DNA of 64,000 bases from a bacterium (GCA_965213685.1 CBDBZY010000031.1:1-64000), one strand, 5' to 3'. Shown: positions 44,009-55,056, counted from the stretch's first letter. The notes: a model not told the origin generated them from the letters alone. Made by a program: numbers and translations.

Positions 44009-44084
<76 letters not shown>

Positions 44085-44189
44085 CACACGTCCCCAGGCC
44101 TCGTTTGGGTTTCTGGATTTTTGGATTCTCACTCCCGCCACCGCCGCCAAGCCGCCTCCGGCCGGCGGGGCCGCAAGGGGAGAGGACGC

Positions 44190-44579
44190 ATGGATGACGC
44201 CGACGCCCAAAGGCTGATAGAAAAAATCGTGGACGACCGCGGCTGGGTGCTGCCCGAGCAGGAGTTCTACATCCGCAAGGACCCGGAATACCACGCGCGG
44301 CAAAGCGCACTCTACAACCACGTGATCAAGCGCGAGGGCGCACTCTCCGAGAAGATGCGCGAGCTCATCGTCATCACCGCCCTTTGCGTGCGCCTGCCGG
44401 GCACCGAGGTGGAGGTCTACGTCAAAAACCACATGCGCCGGGCACTGGAGCTGGGAGCGACGGAGGATGAGATATTCGAGGCCGTGCAATGCCTGATATT
44501 CCCCGCCGGCGGCCCCTCCCTGATGATGGGGATCAAGTGCCTGCGCGCCGTCATGGCGGAGCGCGGGAGCACCGGCTGA
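44190..44579 (+). CDS. Carboxymuconolactone decarboxylase (CMD) family protein
   Basis: GALS.KMRELI, HMRRALELGAT.DEI.E, AG.PS. Confidence 0.85.
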   Translation: MDDADAQRLIEKIVDDRGWVLPEQEFYIRKDPEYHARQSALYNHVIKREGALSEKMRELIVITALCVRLPGTEVEVYVKNHMRRALELGATEDEIFEAVQCLIFPAGGPSLMMGIKCLRAVMAERGSTG

Positions 44580-44657
44580 CGTCTGGACAGTCTCCCGGCC
44601 GCGCGCCTCGATGGGACGCGCCGCCGCGGGAGCGCGCACCTGGGAGGGAGGAGGAGC

Positions 44658-45395
44658 ATGGACAGGGGAATCTGGGCGACCTGGTACGACCTGCCGAAAG
44701 AGGGCGAGGCGGAATACAACGACTGGCTGCACAACGCGCACATCAAGGACGCACTCAAACGCCCGGGCTACATGTGGGCGGCCCATTACGAACTCATCGA
44801 CAGGGAGTCGCCCCACTCCAAGCGAAAGGCCCACCTCGCATACACGGACGACGCCTCGATTCCGGGCGGTACGGAGTTTCTCCTCCTCTTCGGGGCCGCA
44901 ACGCCCGAGGCGTTTCTGAATCCCAGCCCCGCCCAGCTCCTGGAGGCGCACTCCGGCGAGACGCGCGCGATGCTCGCCAAAAGAATCGGCGCGCGCACCT
45001 GCATCCTCACGGAGGTGGACCGGGTGAACGGCCCCGACGCCGCGACGCGCGCCATCGGCGGGGTGCCGGCGCCGGTGCTCCAGATGGGCACCTTCAACTG
45101 CTTCACGCCCGAGGACGATTTCGACCTGAGCGCCTGGTACGCGCAAGATCGCCTGCCCGCGATGAAATACATGCCCGGCTGCGTGGGCGCGCGCAAGCTG
45201 GTCTCCGCCGCCGGGTGGGCGAAGCACAGCATCTTCTACGAGTTCTCCTCCCTGGAGAAGGTGCTCTCCCACTTCCCGCGGGCGGACAAGCTCATCGCCG
45301 GCGAGAACGACTGGTCCTACCGCGTCTGCCAGCGCCTGCTCCACGCGCCCGGCTCGCCCACGCGCGGCAGGCGCATCTGGCCGCCGGCGGAATGA
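44658..45395 (+). CDS. Hypothetical protein with tandem dimeric alpha/beta-barrel (EthD-like) domains
   Basis: Repeated 'E.EYN.W....H......PG' and 'W.Y.Q.R.P....PG' halves. Confidence 0.6.
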   Translation: MDRGIWATWYDLPKEGEAEYNDWLHNAHIKDALKRPGYMWAAHYELIDRESPHSKRKAHLAYTDDASIPGGTEFLLLFGAATPEAFLNPSPAQLLEAHSGETRAMLAKRIGARTCILTEVDRVNGPDAATRAIGGVPAPVLQMGTFNCFTPEDDFDLSAWYAQDRLPAMKYMPGCVGARKLVSAAGWAKHSIFYEFSSLEKVLSHFPRADKLIAGENDWSYRVCQRLLHAPGSPTRGRRIWPPAE

Positions 45396-45402
45396 GGGGA
45401 GA

Positions 45403-46074
45403 ATGCGGATGCGCTACATGAAGCCCATCCCGGTCGAGGAAGCGCAAGGAGAGGCCGCCAGGCTCTTCGGGGGCGTGGAGAAGATGCTCGGCCGGGTGGC
45501 GAACTCCTTCGCCGTCATGGCTTACCAGCCCTACGTCGCCAAGGTGATTCTGCCGCTCACCGTCACGCTCATGCGCGAGGGGCTCGGCACGGTGCTGCCC
45601 ACCAAAATCAAGGAGATGGCCGTCATCAAGACGAGCCACCTGAACGGGTGCGAATACTGACTCGGGCACAACACGGCGCTCGGTCGGGACGCCGGGGTCA
45701 CGGAGCAGGAGGTGCTCGAAATCTGCTCGGACGCCTATATGGACTCCCATACGATGAGCGCGCGGGAGAAAGCCGCCGTCCTCTGGGCGGAGCACGTGAC
45801 GAAAAACACCGCCAGGACGCGCGACGACGTATTCGGGGAGGTCCGACGCCATTTCGACGATCGCGAATTCGTGGAGCTCACCATGGTCATCACCTACTTC
45901 AACATGCGCAACCGCTTTCAGGACGCCCTGCGCATTCCGCTGGACGCCCCGAAAACGATCGCGGGCATCACCGCCGGGCGCAGGCAGGACCCGAAAGATC
46001 TCAAGAATTTTCTCGAAAACATGGTGGCGGAGTGGCCCGAGCGCTTTCCCGCGCCAGAGGAGGGCGACGCCTAG
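45403..46074 (+). CDS. AhpD/CMD-family selenoprotein, CxxU (Sec at UGA 45658-45660)
   Basis: KE......S.LNGCEY-UGA-LGHN..L; in frame with 45712..46074; hairpin 3' of UGA. Confidence 0.85.
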
Positions 46075-46221
46075 TGCCGGCGCGCGAGGCCATGCGCACA
46101 AATGCCGCGGGCGACGCTCCCCCTCCCTCCGCACCCGTTCCGCGCCATGCTGCGGGCTGCGGTTTTTGCGGAGCGCGGGTCGGCAGGAGCCGCTCCCCCG
46201 TCCGCGCAGGGAGCCCCAGCG

Positions 46222-46665
46222 ATGCCTGAGAAGCCCGACTTCGTCTGGGAGAATCTCGAGGCGGGCATGATCATCGGCGAGCGCACCCTCACGGTGACGC
46301 AGGAGATGGTGGATGCGCACTGCGACGCCGTGGGCGCGCGGCGGGAGCGCGGCGGGGGCGCCTCCCCCGCGGACGCGCCCATCGCCCCGCCGATGATATT
46401 CGTCAACGACTTGCTCGCCATCTATGACGAGAACTACAGCCGGTTCGGCACCATCCACGCCCAGCTCGGCTACCGGTTTCATCGACCCGTGCGGGTCGGG
46501 GAGACCGTGCGCCAGCAGGTCGCGGTAAAGAACTTATACGTCAAGCGGGAGAAGGGGTGGATCGTGAGCGAGCTGCGCGTCACGAACCAGGCGGGCGCAC
46601 TGCTCCTCACCTCCACGCACACCTCGGTCTTGAGCCTCACGAGGAGGCACGGGGCGGATGACTGA
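46222..46665 (+). CDS. MaoC/hotdog-fold dehydratase subunit
   Basis: APP, IHA, F.RPVRVGE, YVKREK. Confidence 0.8.
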   Translation: MPEKPDFVWENLEAGMIIGERTLTVTQEMVDAHCDAVGARRERGGGASPADAPIAPPMIFVNDLLAIYDENYSRFGTIHAQLGYRFHRPVRVGETVRQQVAVKNLYVKREKGWIVSELRVTNQAGALLLTSTHTSVLSLTRRHGADD

Positions 46666-47095
46666 AGACGCGCCCGACCTCCGCGCGATGCGGGTGGGAG
46701 ACGCGCTTCCGGAGCGATCCTACGCGATGGGGCGCGACGCCATCCGGAAATTCAACCGCTACGTCACCGGGGGTATCGACACCCGGAACATCCACACCGA
46801 TGACGAGGTCGCCCGAAAGGTGGGCCTGCCCGGGGCGGTGGCGACCGGCCGCCACCCGGTCTGCTTCATCGCCGAACTCATGGCCGACCATCTGGGGATG
46901 GGCTTCATCGCGGGCGGGGAGCTGGGGGTCTCCTTCGTGAAGCCCATATTCCCGGGCGACGCGCTGCGCCTCGCCGCCACGCTCCGGGAGAAAAGGGAGG
47001 AGGACGGCGCGACGCGTTGCCTCTTCGACGTCGCGCTCATCAACCAGGACGGCGTGGTCGTGACGCTCGGCACGGCCGGCGGACGCCTCGCGTAG
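46658..47095 (+). CDS. MaoC family dehydratase
   Basis: NIHTD.E.A...GL...VA.G, FVKPIFPGD. Confidence 0.85.
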   Translation: MTEDAPDLRAMRVGDALPERSYAMGRDAIRKFNRYVTGGIDTRNIHTDDEVARKVGLPGAVATGRHPVCFIAELMADHLGMGFIAGGELGVSFVKPIFPGDALRLAATLREKREEDGATRCLFDVALINQDGVVVTLGTAGGRLA

Positions 47096-47107
47096 CCGCC
47101 CCGCCCC

Positions 47108-49246
47108 GTGCGCACCCCCCGGGAGTCCCTCGACAGCCTCTTTCGCCCCGAATCGCTCGCCATCGTGGGCGCGTCCTCGAACCTCCGCCGGCTCGGGGGC
47201 ATCCCCCTGCGCCTGACGAAGGAATACGGGTTTCCCGGTCCCATCTACCCCGTCAACCCCGGCCGCGCGGAAATCGCGGGGCTCCCGTGCTACCCGGACG
47301 TCGCCTCCCTGCCGCGCGCGCCCGAATTCGCCCTCGTCTGCACGCCGAGGGACGACGTCATCCCCGCCCTGGCACAATGCGCGGAGCGGGGGGTGCGGGC
47401 CGCTGCGGTCATCACCTCGGGCTTCGGGGAGACCGGCGCGGAGGGGATGGCGCTCCAGAGGAAGATTCTCGACATCCGCAAAACCTCCGGCATGCGGGTG
47501 CTCGGCCCCAACTGCATGGGCGTGGTGCACGTGCGCTCCAGGCTCATGGCCACGTTCACGATCTCCATTCGGGACGACGACCCGCTCATCCCGGGGGCGG
47601 TGGCCATCGTCACCCAGAGCGGCGCCATGGGGGCGTGCATGCTCACGGGCTTTCAGGAGAGCGGCGCCGGCATCAGCGCCCTCGTGAGCCTGGGCAACGA
47701 GGTGGACGTCGATTTTGCCGAATGCGTCGAATACTTCCTGGACGACCCGCATACGCGCGTCATTTGCGGGTATCTGGAGTCGGTTCGGGACGGCGCGCGC
47801 CTGCGGCGGGCCGCCGCGCGCGCCCTCGCGGCGGGAAAGCCCATCGTCCTGCTCCGGGGCGGGAAAACCGAGGAGGGCGTCCGCGCCGCGCGGGGCCACA
47901 CCGCCGCGATCACGACCTCGAACGACGTATTCGCCGCCTTCGCCGCCCAATACGGGATTCAGGTGCTGGACTCGATGGACGATTTTCTGGAAATCGGGGA
48001 TTTTCTCGCGCGCTCCCGCCCGATTGCGGGAAACCGGCTGGGCGTCATCAGCTTCTCGGGCGGGCTGGGCGCACTCGCCGCCGACCTCGCGACGACGGCG
48101 GGGTTCCGCCTCCCCGTTTTTGGAGAAGCCACCCAGGCGAAGCTGGCGGCCATCCTCCCCGATTACGCCCCGACGGACAACCCGGTCGACCTCGTCTCCC
48201 TGATGGTCAGCCAGCCGGAGAGCCGCCCCCTCCAGAGGGCGGGCGAGGCGGTGGCCGCAGACGCGGGCGTCGACGCCGTCCTCCTCCTCATGGGCGTCTA
48301 CCACCATATGGCCGACGAAATCGCACAGGACATGAAGGCGCTCTTCGAGTCCTCGGGAGTCCCCCTCGCCTGCGCGTGGCTCACGGGCCCCCAGGGGCAC
48401 ATCCAGGCGCTCAAAAAGCAGTCCGTGCCCGTGTTCCGCGATTATTCGCGGGCGATACGCGGCCTCGCGGCGCTCCTGTCCCTCCAGCGCGCCCGGGCGG
48501 CCATCCCGTCCCTCTCCCGGCAGACGCAGAACCGCTCCCGCGCGGAGGCGGCCAGGCGGATCATCCGCCGCCATCCGCCCGCGGCCGACGGCTTTCTGCC
48601 GCCCGAGGCCTGCGCCGGCATTCTGGACCTCTACGGGGTGCCCAGACCCCGCGAAACCCTGGCGGAAACGCCCGAAGAGGCGCTCGCGGCCCAGCAGAAA
48701 TGGCAACGCTCCGTGGCGCTCAAGGTCGTGGCCGGGCACCTCCCGCACAAAACGGAGGCCGGGGGCGTGCGGCTGGGGCTGCGCGCGGCGGAGCGGATTC
48801 TGGCGGAGGCGGAGGAGCTGCTCGGCCTCGCGCGCGACGCCCGCCTCCTCGTGCAGGAGATGATCGAGGGCGGCGTCGAACTCCTCATCGGCATATCGCG
48901 CGACGAGACGTTCGGCCCCTGCGTCACGGCGGGCCTCGGCGGGGTGTTCGCCGAAGCCCTCGGCGACGCCGTCCGCCTGCTGCCCCCCTTTGACGCGCAG
49001 CAGGCGCAAAGGGCACTCTCGGGCCTGCGCGGGCGCGCCGTTTTCGAGGGGTTTCGGGGCGGGCCGGCCGTTCCCATCCCGCTCGTATCCGATATAATGG
49101 CCAAAATATCCGAGGCGGCGTTCGAGCTGGCCGAAGAGGTCGCCGAGATGGACGTCAACCCCCTCATCGTCACGCCGGAGGGTTGCCGCGCCGTCGACGT
49201 GCGGATACGGACGCAACCCGGAGGACCCGGGAGAGAGGGCGCATGA
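47108..49246 (+). CDS. Acetate/acyl-CoA ligase (ADP-forming) family
   Basis: AIVGAS, GPNCMG, QSG, GNE.D, HT, NPVD, HKTEAGGV, DVNPL. Confidence 0.9.
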   Translation: MRTPRESLDSLFRPESLAIVGASSNLRRLGGIPLRLTKEYGFPGPIYPVNPGRAEIAGLPCYPDVASLPRAPEFALVCTPRDDVIPALAQCAERGVRAAAVITSGFGETGAEGMALQRKILDIRKTSGMRVLGPNCMGVVHVRSRLMATFTISIRDDDPLIPGAVAIVTQSGAMGACMLTGFQESGAGISALVSLGNEVDVDFAECVEYFLDDPHTRVICGYLESVRDGARLRRAAARALAAGKPIVLLRGGKTEEGVRAARGHTAAITTSNDVFAAFAAQYGIQVLDSMDDFLEIGDFLARSRPIAGNRLGVISFSGGLGALAADLATTAGFRLPVFGEATQAKLAAILPDYAPTDNPVDLVSLMVSQPESRPLQRAGEAVAADAGVDAVLLLMGVYHHMADEIAQDMKALFESSGVPLACAWLTGPQGHIQALKKQSVPVFRDYSRAIRGLAALLSLQRARAAIPSLSRQTQNRSRAEAARRIIRRHPPAADGFLPPEACAGILDLYGVPRPRETLAETPEEALAAQQKWQRSVALKVVAGHLPHKTEAGGVRLGLRAAERILAEAEELLGLARDARLLVQEMIEGGVELLIGISRDETFGPCVTAGLGGVFAEALGDAVRLLPPFDAQQAQRALSGLRGRAVFEGFRGGPAVPIPLVSDIMAKISEAAFELAEEVAEMDVNPLIVTPEGCRAVDVRIRTQPGGPGREGA

Positions 49247-49677
49247 GCAGGAGAATCACGCCGCAAATCCGCTCCCTGGTGGGGAGAAGGCACGGGCCCT
49301 ACCGCGTCCGGGTCGAGCGGGGCGCGATAGAGAAATTCGCCGACGCCATCGGGGACCCGAACCCGGCCTACCGGGGGCCCGAGGCCATCGCACCGCCCAC
49401 GTTTCCCACGACCTTCCGGCCCGGGGACGCCTACCCCGACCTGCCGGCGGATTTCGGCGACGTGGGGCTGCACGCATCCCAGGCCTACGAGTTCAGCCGT
49501 CCCCTGCGCGCCGGCGACGCGCTGGACGTCTCCTTCACCATCGTGGACGTCACGGAGAAGACGGGCCGCTCGGGCGACCTCGTCTTCATCGAGCGGGAAT
49601 ACGAATTTCTGGACGCGCGCGACGGCGCCCGCGTCGGCGGGGGGAGATGGGTCTCTCTCCGGCGATTCCAGACATAA
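49243..49677 (+). CDS. MaoC dehydratase N-terminal-type (HadA-like) subunit
   Basis: VERGAI.KFA.AIGD.NP.Y, APPTF, LH..Q.YEF.RP. Confidence 0.85.
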   Translation: MSRRITPQIRSLVGRRHGPYRVRVERGAIEKFADAIGDPNPAYRGPEAIAPPTFPTTFRPGDAYPDLPADFGDVGLHASQAYEFSRPLRAGDALDVSFTIVDVTEKTGRSGDLVFIEREYEFLDARDGARVGGGRWVSLRRFQT

Positions 49678-49686
49678 GGAGCGGCG

Positions 49687-50088
49687 ATGGGCCACCAGAG
49701 GGGCGAGGCGCTCCCCGAACTCGTGAAGGCGCCCGTGTCGAGGACGCAACTCGTGCAATACGCGGGCGCCAGCGGGGACTACAACCCGATTCATTTCGAC
49801 GACGAGGCGGCGCGGGCGAGCGGCCTCGCCGGCGTCATCGCCCACGGGATGCTGTCCATGGCGTTTCTGGGGCAGCTGGTGGAAAACGCCTTCGGGGCGG
49901 GCGCCTGCAAAAGGCTGGAGGTTCGTTTTCAGGGCATGGTGCGGCTCGGCGAGGTCATCACCTGCCGCGGCGTCATCACGGAGGTCGCCCGCGCGGGGGG
50001 GCGCCCATACGCCGTGTGCGAGGTCGAGGCGGTCAACTCGGGCGGCCGCGCGGTCACCTCGGGGACGGCCGAGGCCTGGCTGGACTGA
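49687..50088 (+). CDS. MaoC family dehydratase (HadB-like)
   Basis: YAGASGDYNPIH.D, IAHGM. Confidence 0.9.
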   Translation: MGHQRGEALPELVKAPVSRTQLVQYAGASGDYNPIHFDDEAARASGLAGVIAHGMLSMAFLGQLVENAFGAGACKRLEVRFQGMVRLGEVITCRGVITEVARAGGRPYAVCEVEAVNSGGRAVTSGTAEAWLD

Positions 50089-50118
50089 ACTGAACCCACG
50101 GGAGGAGAGAGGAATTCC

Positions 50119-50862
50119 ATGAGACTTCAAGGCAAGAGCGCCCTCGTCACCGGCGCGGCACAGGGCATCGGCCGCGCGGTGTGCCGGCAGTTCGCGCGGG
50201 AGGGGGCGAGCGTCCTCGTCGTCGACACGAACGAGGAGGGGGGCGAGGAGACGGCGCGCCTCGTTCGCGAGGCCGGCGGCCGGGCGGCGTTCCACCGGGC
50301 CGACGTGGCCAGCCCCGAGGAGGTCGAGGGCGCGGTCGAGGCGTCCGAGAGGGCGCACGGCCCCATCCGCGTCATGGTGAACAACGCGGGCATCGTGCGG
50401 GCGGCGATGCTCCACAAGATGACGGAGGCGCAGTGGGACGCCGTCATCGCCGTGCACCTCAAGGGCACCTGGGCGGGTATACAGGCGGCGGCCAGGCGCA
50501 TGATCCCCCGCAAGGAGGGGCGGATCATCAACGTCACCTCGGGTGCCGGCCTGCGCGGCACCATCGGGCAGATCAACTACTCCGCCGCGAAGATGGGAAT
50601 CGTCGGCGCGACGCAAAGCGCCGCGCGCGAACTCGGACGCCACAACATCACCGTCAACTGCGTGTCGCCCGCGGCGATCACCCCGATGACGGAGACGATA
50701 CGCACCGACGAACGCTTCGAGTCGAAATACCTCGAGCGCATCTGCCTGGGCAGGTGGGGGGAGCCGGAGGAGATGGCGGCCGGCTTCGTGTTTCTCGCCT
50801 CCGACGAGGCCAGCTACGTGACCGGCATCGTCCTCAGAATCGACGGCGGCCTCGGCATGTAG
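50119..50862 (+). CDS. SDR oxidoreductase (FabG-like)
   Basis: TGAAQGIG, NNAG, YSAAK. Confidence 0.9.
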   Translation: MRLQGKSALVTGAAQGIGRAVCRQFAREGASVLVVDTNEEGGEETARLVREAGGRAAFHRADVASPEEVEGAVEASERAHGPIRVMVNNAGIVRAAMLHKMTEAQWDAVIAVHLKGTWAGIQAAARRMIPRKEGRIINVTSGAGLRGTIGQINYSAAKMGIVGATQSAARELGRHNITVNCVSPAAITPMTETIRTDERFESKYLERICLGRWGEPEEMAAGFVFLASDEASYVTGIVLRIDGGLGM

Positions 50863-51050
50863 GGGCGGGCATCGGAAAACGACCGGGAACTTTGCGGGAG
50901 CGCTTTGCGAACCGCGCCGTCCCCCCTGCGGAACAACCGCCCCGCCCTCAGAAGCCGCCGCTGCGCGCGGCTGGTCGGGCCGGGATGGGGCTGATACAAT
51001 CGGGACAGGACGCCCCCTTCCCAAAAACCGCGCGATGGAGGAAACCGCCC

Positions 51051-52079
51051 ATGAAGGCCATGATCCTCAAGGAGTTCGGCCAGCCGCTCGCCTACGAGGA
51101 GGCGCCCGATCCGCGCATCGGCCCCCGCCAGGTGCTGGTGGAATCGAAGGCGAACGGCCTGTGCGCCACCGACCTCAAGATTGTGGACGGCCACGTCAAG
51201 ACGGCGCCCAGGCCCCTCATGCTCGGCCACGAGAACTCGGGCGTCGTCCTCGAGGTCGGCGCCGAGGTGGACGCCTTCGCCCCGGGCGACCGCGTGGTCG
51301 TCGTGAGCAAGCAGACCTGCGGGGCCTGCCGCATGTGCCGCCTGGGACACGAGGAGATGTGCAGGAACTCCCCCGGACGCTTGGGGATAGAGATAGACGG
51401 CGGCTTCGGCCAGCTCGTCGCCGTCTCCGAGAGGAGCCTCGTCAAAATCGGCGAGAACGTCTCGCTCGAGGCCGCCTCCCTCATCGGCGGCACGCTCGGC
51501 TCCCCGCTCCACGCCATCCGCATGGCGCGGCCGGAGCTGGGCGAGTGCGCCGTCATATTCGGGGTCGGCGGCCTGGGGCTGCACGCGCTGCAAATCCTTC
51601 GGCACCTGGGCGTGGGCGTCATCGCCGTGGACGTGAAGGAGGAGAAGCTGGCGAAGGCCCGGGAGCTGGGCGCGTTCGAGACCATCCACGCCGCGCGGCT
51701 CGACCCGGTGGACGCCGTGCTGGAGATCACCGACGGATTCGGCGCCGACATCGCCCTCGAGATCGTGGGCGGGGCCGCCGTGCCGCCCGTGATTCAGCAG
51801 TGCCTCCAGCTGCTGCGCCCCGGCGGCCGCCTCGTCATCCTCGGCTACACGTTTGGGCAGAAGGTGGAGATAGACCCCGCGCATCTCGTCTACAAGTGGA
51901 TTCAGATCATCGCCTCGCACAACCACACGGTCCGCGACGTGGCCGACGCCGCGAGCCTGGTGAACGACGGCCGCGTGCGCGCCGTCATCACCGAGGAGGC
52001 GCCGATGCCGGAGGCGAACGAGGCGCTCGCGGCGCTTCGCGCGGGAGACCCGGTGGGACGCATCGTCCTGCGGTGGTGA
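51051..52079 (+). CDS. Zn-dependent alcohol dehydrogenase
   Basis: GLC.TD, GHE, CGACRMC..G.E.MC, G.GGLG. Confidence 0.9.
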   Translation: MKAMILKEFGQPLAYEEAPDPRIGPRQVLVESKANGLCATDLKIVDGHVKTAPRPLMLGHENSGVVLEVGAEVDAFAPGDRVVVVSKQTCGACRMCRLGHEEMCRNSPGRLGIEIDGGFGQLVAVSERSLVKIGENVSLEAASLIGGTLGSPLHAIRMARPELGECAVIFGVGGLGLHALQILRHLGVGVIAVDVKEEKLAKARELGAFETIHAARLDPVDAVLEITDGFGADIALEIVGGAAVPPVIQQCLQLLRPGGRLVILGYTFGQKVEIDPAHLVYKWIQIIASHNHTVRDVADAASLVNDGRVRAVITEEAPMPEANEALAALRAGDPVGRIVLRW

Positions 52080-52082
52080 CAC

Positions 52083-52136
52083 GGGCACGGGCCGTGGCGC
52101 GGGCACAGCCCGTGGCGCGGGCACGGCCCGGGGCGC
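52083..52136. repeat. 3 x 18-bp imperfect tandem repeat
   Basis: GGGCACGGGCCGTGGCGC / GGGCACAGCCCGTGGCGC / GGGCACGGCCCGGGGCGC. Confidence 0.75.
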
Positions 52137-52202
52137 GAGCCGGGGGCCACGCCCGACGGAGGAGAATCCACCCATCCTCAGAAGCGCATCGCAGGAGGGA
52201 GC

Positions 52203-53594
52203 ATGGGGCATCGCATCGAAACGGACAGCATGGGGGAGATCGAGGTTCCAGCAGACAGATACTATGGCGCGCAGACCGCCCGCTCCCTCGTTCACTTCCG
52301 GATCGGGGAAGACCGCTTCCCCCGCGAGATCATCCGCGCCCTGGGGGTTCTCAAGAAGGCCGCCGCCCTCACCAACGAGGAGCTGGGAATCCTCGATTCC
52401 CGCAAGGCGGCCCTCATCGCCCGGGCGGCGGACGAGGTCATCGCGGGCGGGCTCGACGCGCACTTCCCGCTGGCGGTCTGGCAGACCGGAAGCGGAACGC
52501 AGACGAACATGAACGCCAACGAGGTGATAGCCAACCGCGCGATAGAGCTGGCGGGCGGGCGGATGGGCTCCAAGTCCCCGATCCACCCGAACGACGACGT
52601 GAACAAGGCCCAGTCCTCCAACGACACGTTCCCGACGGCGATGCACATCGCAGCCGCAGCCCAAATCACCGGCAGGCTGATCCCCGCGGTTGACGGGCTC
52701 CGGCGGACGCTCGCGGCGAAGGCGGACGCCTTCGGGGAGATCATCAAAATCGGGCGCACCCATCTGATGGACGCCGTCCCCCTCACCCTCGGACAGGAGT
52801 TCTCCGGCTACGCACAGCAGCTCGAAAACGGGCTGGGGCGCGTCGGGACGGCACTCGACGGCATCTACGAGCTGGCACTCGGCGGAACGGCCGTGGGCAC
52901 CGGACTCAACACGCACCCCGAGTTCGCGGAGCGGGCGGCCGCCAGAATCGCCGCGATGACGAACCTCCCCTTCCGGTCCGCGCCCAACAAGTTCGAGGCA
53001 CTCGCCGCACACGACGCGGTCGTCTTCGCGAGCGGGGCCATGAAGACCCTGGCCGCCGCGCTGATGAAGATCGCCAACGACATACGGATGCTGGCCTCGG
53101 GGCCGAGATGCGGGGTGGGCGAGCTGCGTATCCCCGAGAACGAGCCGGGAAGCTCCATCATGCCCGGCAAGGTCAACCCCACCCAGAGCGAGGCGATGAC
53201 CATGGTCTGCGCCCAGGTGATGGGCAACGACGTGGCCGTGAACATCGGCGGGGCGACGGGGCATTTCGAGCTCAACGTCTTCAAGCCCCTCATGATCTTC
53301 AACCTGCTGAACTCGGTGCGACTGCTGGCCGACGCCTGCGACTCCTTCAACGCCCACTGCGCCGTCGGCATCGAACCGAACCGGCCCGCGATAGACGCCT
53401 ACCTGCGCAACTCGCTCATGCTGGTGACGGCGCTGAACCCCGTCATCGGCTACGACAACGCCGCCAGGGTGGCGAAAAAGGCGTTCGCAGACGGCGGCAC
53501 CCTGCGCGACGCCGCAGTCGCGCTCGATCTGCTCACCGAGGAGGAGTTCGACGCGGCCGTCAAGCCGGAGAAGATGACGGGCCCGGGGGGTTGA
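52203..53594 (+). CDS. fumC: Class II fumarate hydratase
   Basis: [33 protein letters not shown]. Confidence 0.97.
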   Translation: MGHRIETDSMGEIEVPADRYYGAQTARSLVHFRIGEDRFPREIIRALGVLKKAAALTNEELGILDSRKAALIARAADEVIAGGLDAHFPLAVWQTGSGTQTNMNANEVIANRAIELAGGRMGSKSPIHPNDDVNKAQSSNDTFPTAMHIAAAAQITGRLIPAVDGLRRTLAAKADAFGEIIKIGRTHLMDAVPLTLGQEFSGYAQQLENGLGRVGTALDGIYELALGGTAVGTGLNTHPEFAERAAARIAAMTNLPFRSAPNKFEALAAHDAVVFASGAMKTLAAALMKIANDIRMLASGPRCGVGELRIPENEPGSSIMPGKVNPTQSEAMTMVCAQVMGNDVAVNIGGATGHFELNVFKPLMIFNLLNSVRLLADACDSFNAHCAVGIEPNRPAIDAYLRNSLMLVTALNPVIGYDNAARVAKKAFADGGTLRDAAVALDLLTEEEFDAAVKPEKMTGPGG

Positions 53595-53651
53595 CGCGGG
53601 CGACCTTTTGCGGACGCTCTCTTTCCTAGCTCGGGCGAGGGCGTTCGCCGT

Positions 53652-55056
53652 TCAGACCAGATAGGGCAGGTCCGGGCGCTCGCCTTTCAGTATCCGCTCC
53701 AGCGTCAGTATCTGAATTTTGGGGAAAGACCCGGAGAGCAGCGACATCGTGGGCGGGAGTGTAAAAACGCCGCTTCCCCTTGCAAATTTCATCATGGCGC
53801 CAGTCGGTTCGTTTCTTGTGATAAACACGCCCACCGGATTTGCGTCATTCAACAATCCCTTCAACGACCGGACGTGCTCTACGTTCACGCGCCCGCTTTT
53901 GACAGAGCAAATGGCGACATTATCGCCTCTCAGGAGAATGCGCCCGTCAATTCCGCCTTAACCTTTCAGCCGCCGCCATTGTCGTTCCGCAGCCGCAGAA
54001 CGGATCAAGCACGAGCCCGCCGGGCGGGCATGACGCGCGAATGATTTTTTCCAGCAGTTTCACGGGCTTTTGTGTGGGATATCCGAGATATTCCTTGTTA
54101 TGCGTGCTGTAGTTCGTGAACCCGGTAGGCTCCAAAATGAGATTTTGCGGGGGATTTCCCTTGTCCGCCTTCGCATAGCGCTTCAATCCCGGCCATTTGC
54201 CTTTTCTCGGATGATGGATCAACCCGGCCTTATCGAGAGCATCCAGCCTTTCATGGATGCCTGCGATGTCCAAATAGCCGGGGATGAACTCGCGAGCGAT
54301 ATATTCCGCGTAATCACCCGTTTTCGGCACAGACCAACCTCTTCCCATGGCATGAACGTCATAATGCTTCCAGGGCGTGGTGCTCGGGCTGCCTTTCGCC
54401 CCCCCCCCCCCCCCCCCCGGGCCCGTCAAATCAGCGGACCGGTACCGCCCGTGTTTGTCTTGAGAAGGATACGCCCGCCGCAATTGCTCCTCCGTTTTGG
54501 GAACCGCTATGGCCCAGCCGTTCCAATAAGCGTCCTTCCCGTTACGATAAAACAAGATGCTGTCGAGTATGCGGCCAAATCGATTCGGATTGTTATGGGA
54601 TGTAGCGCGTTTCCAGGCGATATCGTTTGTGAAATTCTCCGCCCCGAATACTGCATCCATGACGACTTTGAGATAATGGCTGGCCGTATCATCGCAATGG
54701 AGATAGAGAGAGCCGGTCGGCTTCAATATGCGGCGCATCTCCACCAACCTGACGGCCATATTCACCAGATAGGCGCATATCTCCACTTTGCCCAATGCGC
54801 TCAACAGCGCGTTCAATATGCTCCGCGCACCGAAATGCTTCATCTCTCGCAAATGATCGTCGCATTCAGGCGTCCAGGACCACGTATCGTCAAAAGCCAG
54901 TACCTGGCCCTGATCATCGGGATAGATGATGTTGTATGCGCGCTTGGAATTGAACGGGGGGTCGAGGTAAATTAAATCGAATTGCCCGTCTTCCATCTTT
55001 CGCATGATCGGAAGATTGTCGCCATAATAGAGCTTTCTGGTGCCTACCTCACGCAT
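53652..55056 (-). pseudogene. N6/N4 DNA methyltransferase-Mrr-like fusion with out-of-frame internal deletion at ~53957
   Basis: LYYGDNL, YLDPPF, YPTQKP, DPFCGCGT; after AAERL the sequence jumps in another frame to GGIDGRI..SVKSG..IQILT; low GC. Confidence 0.7.
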
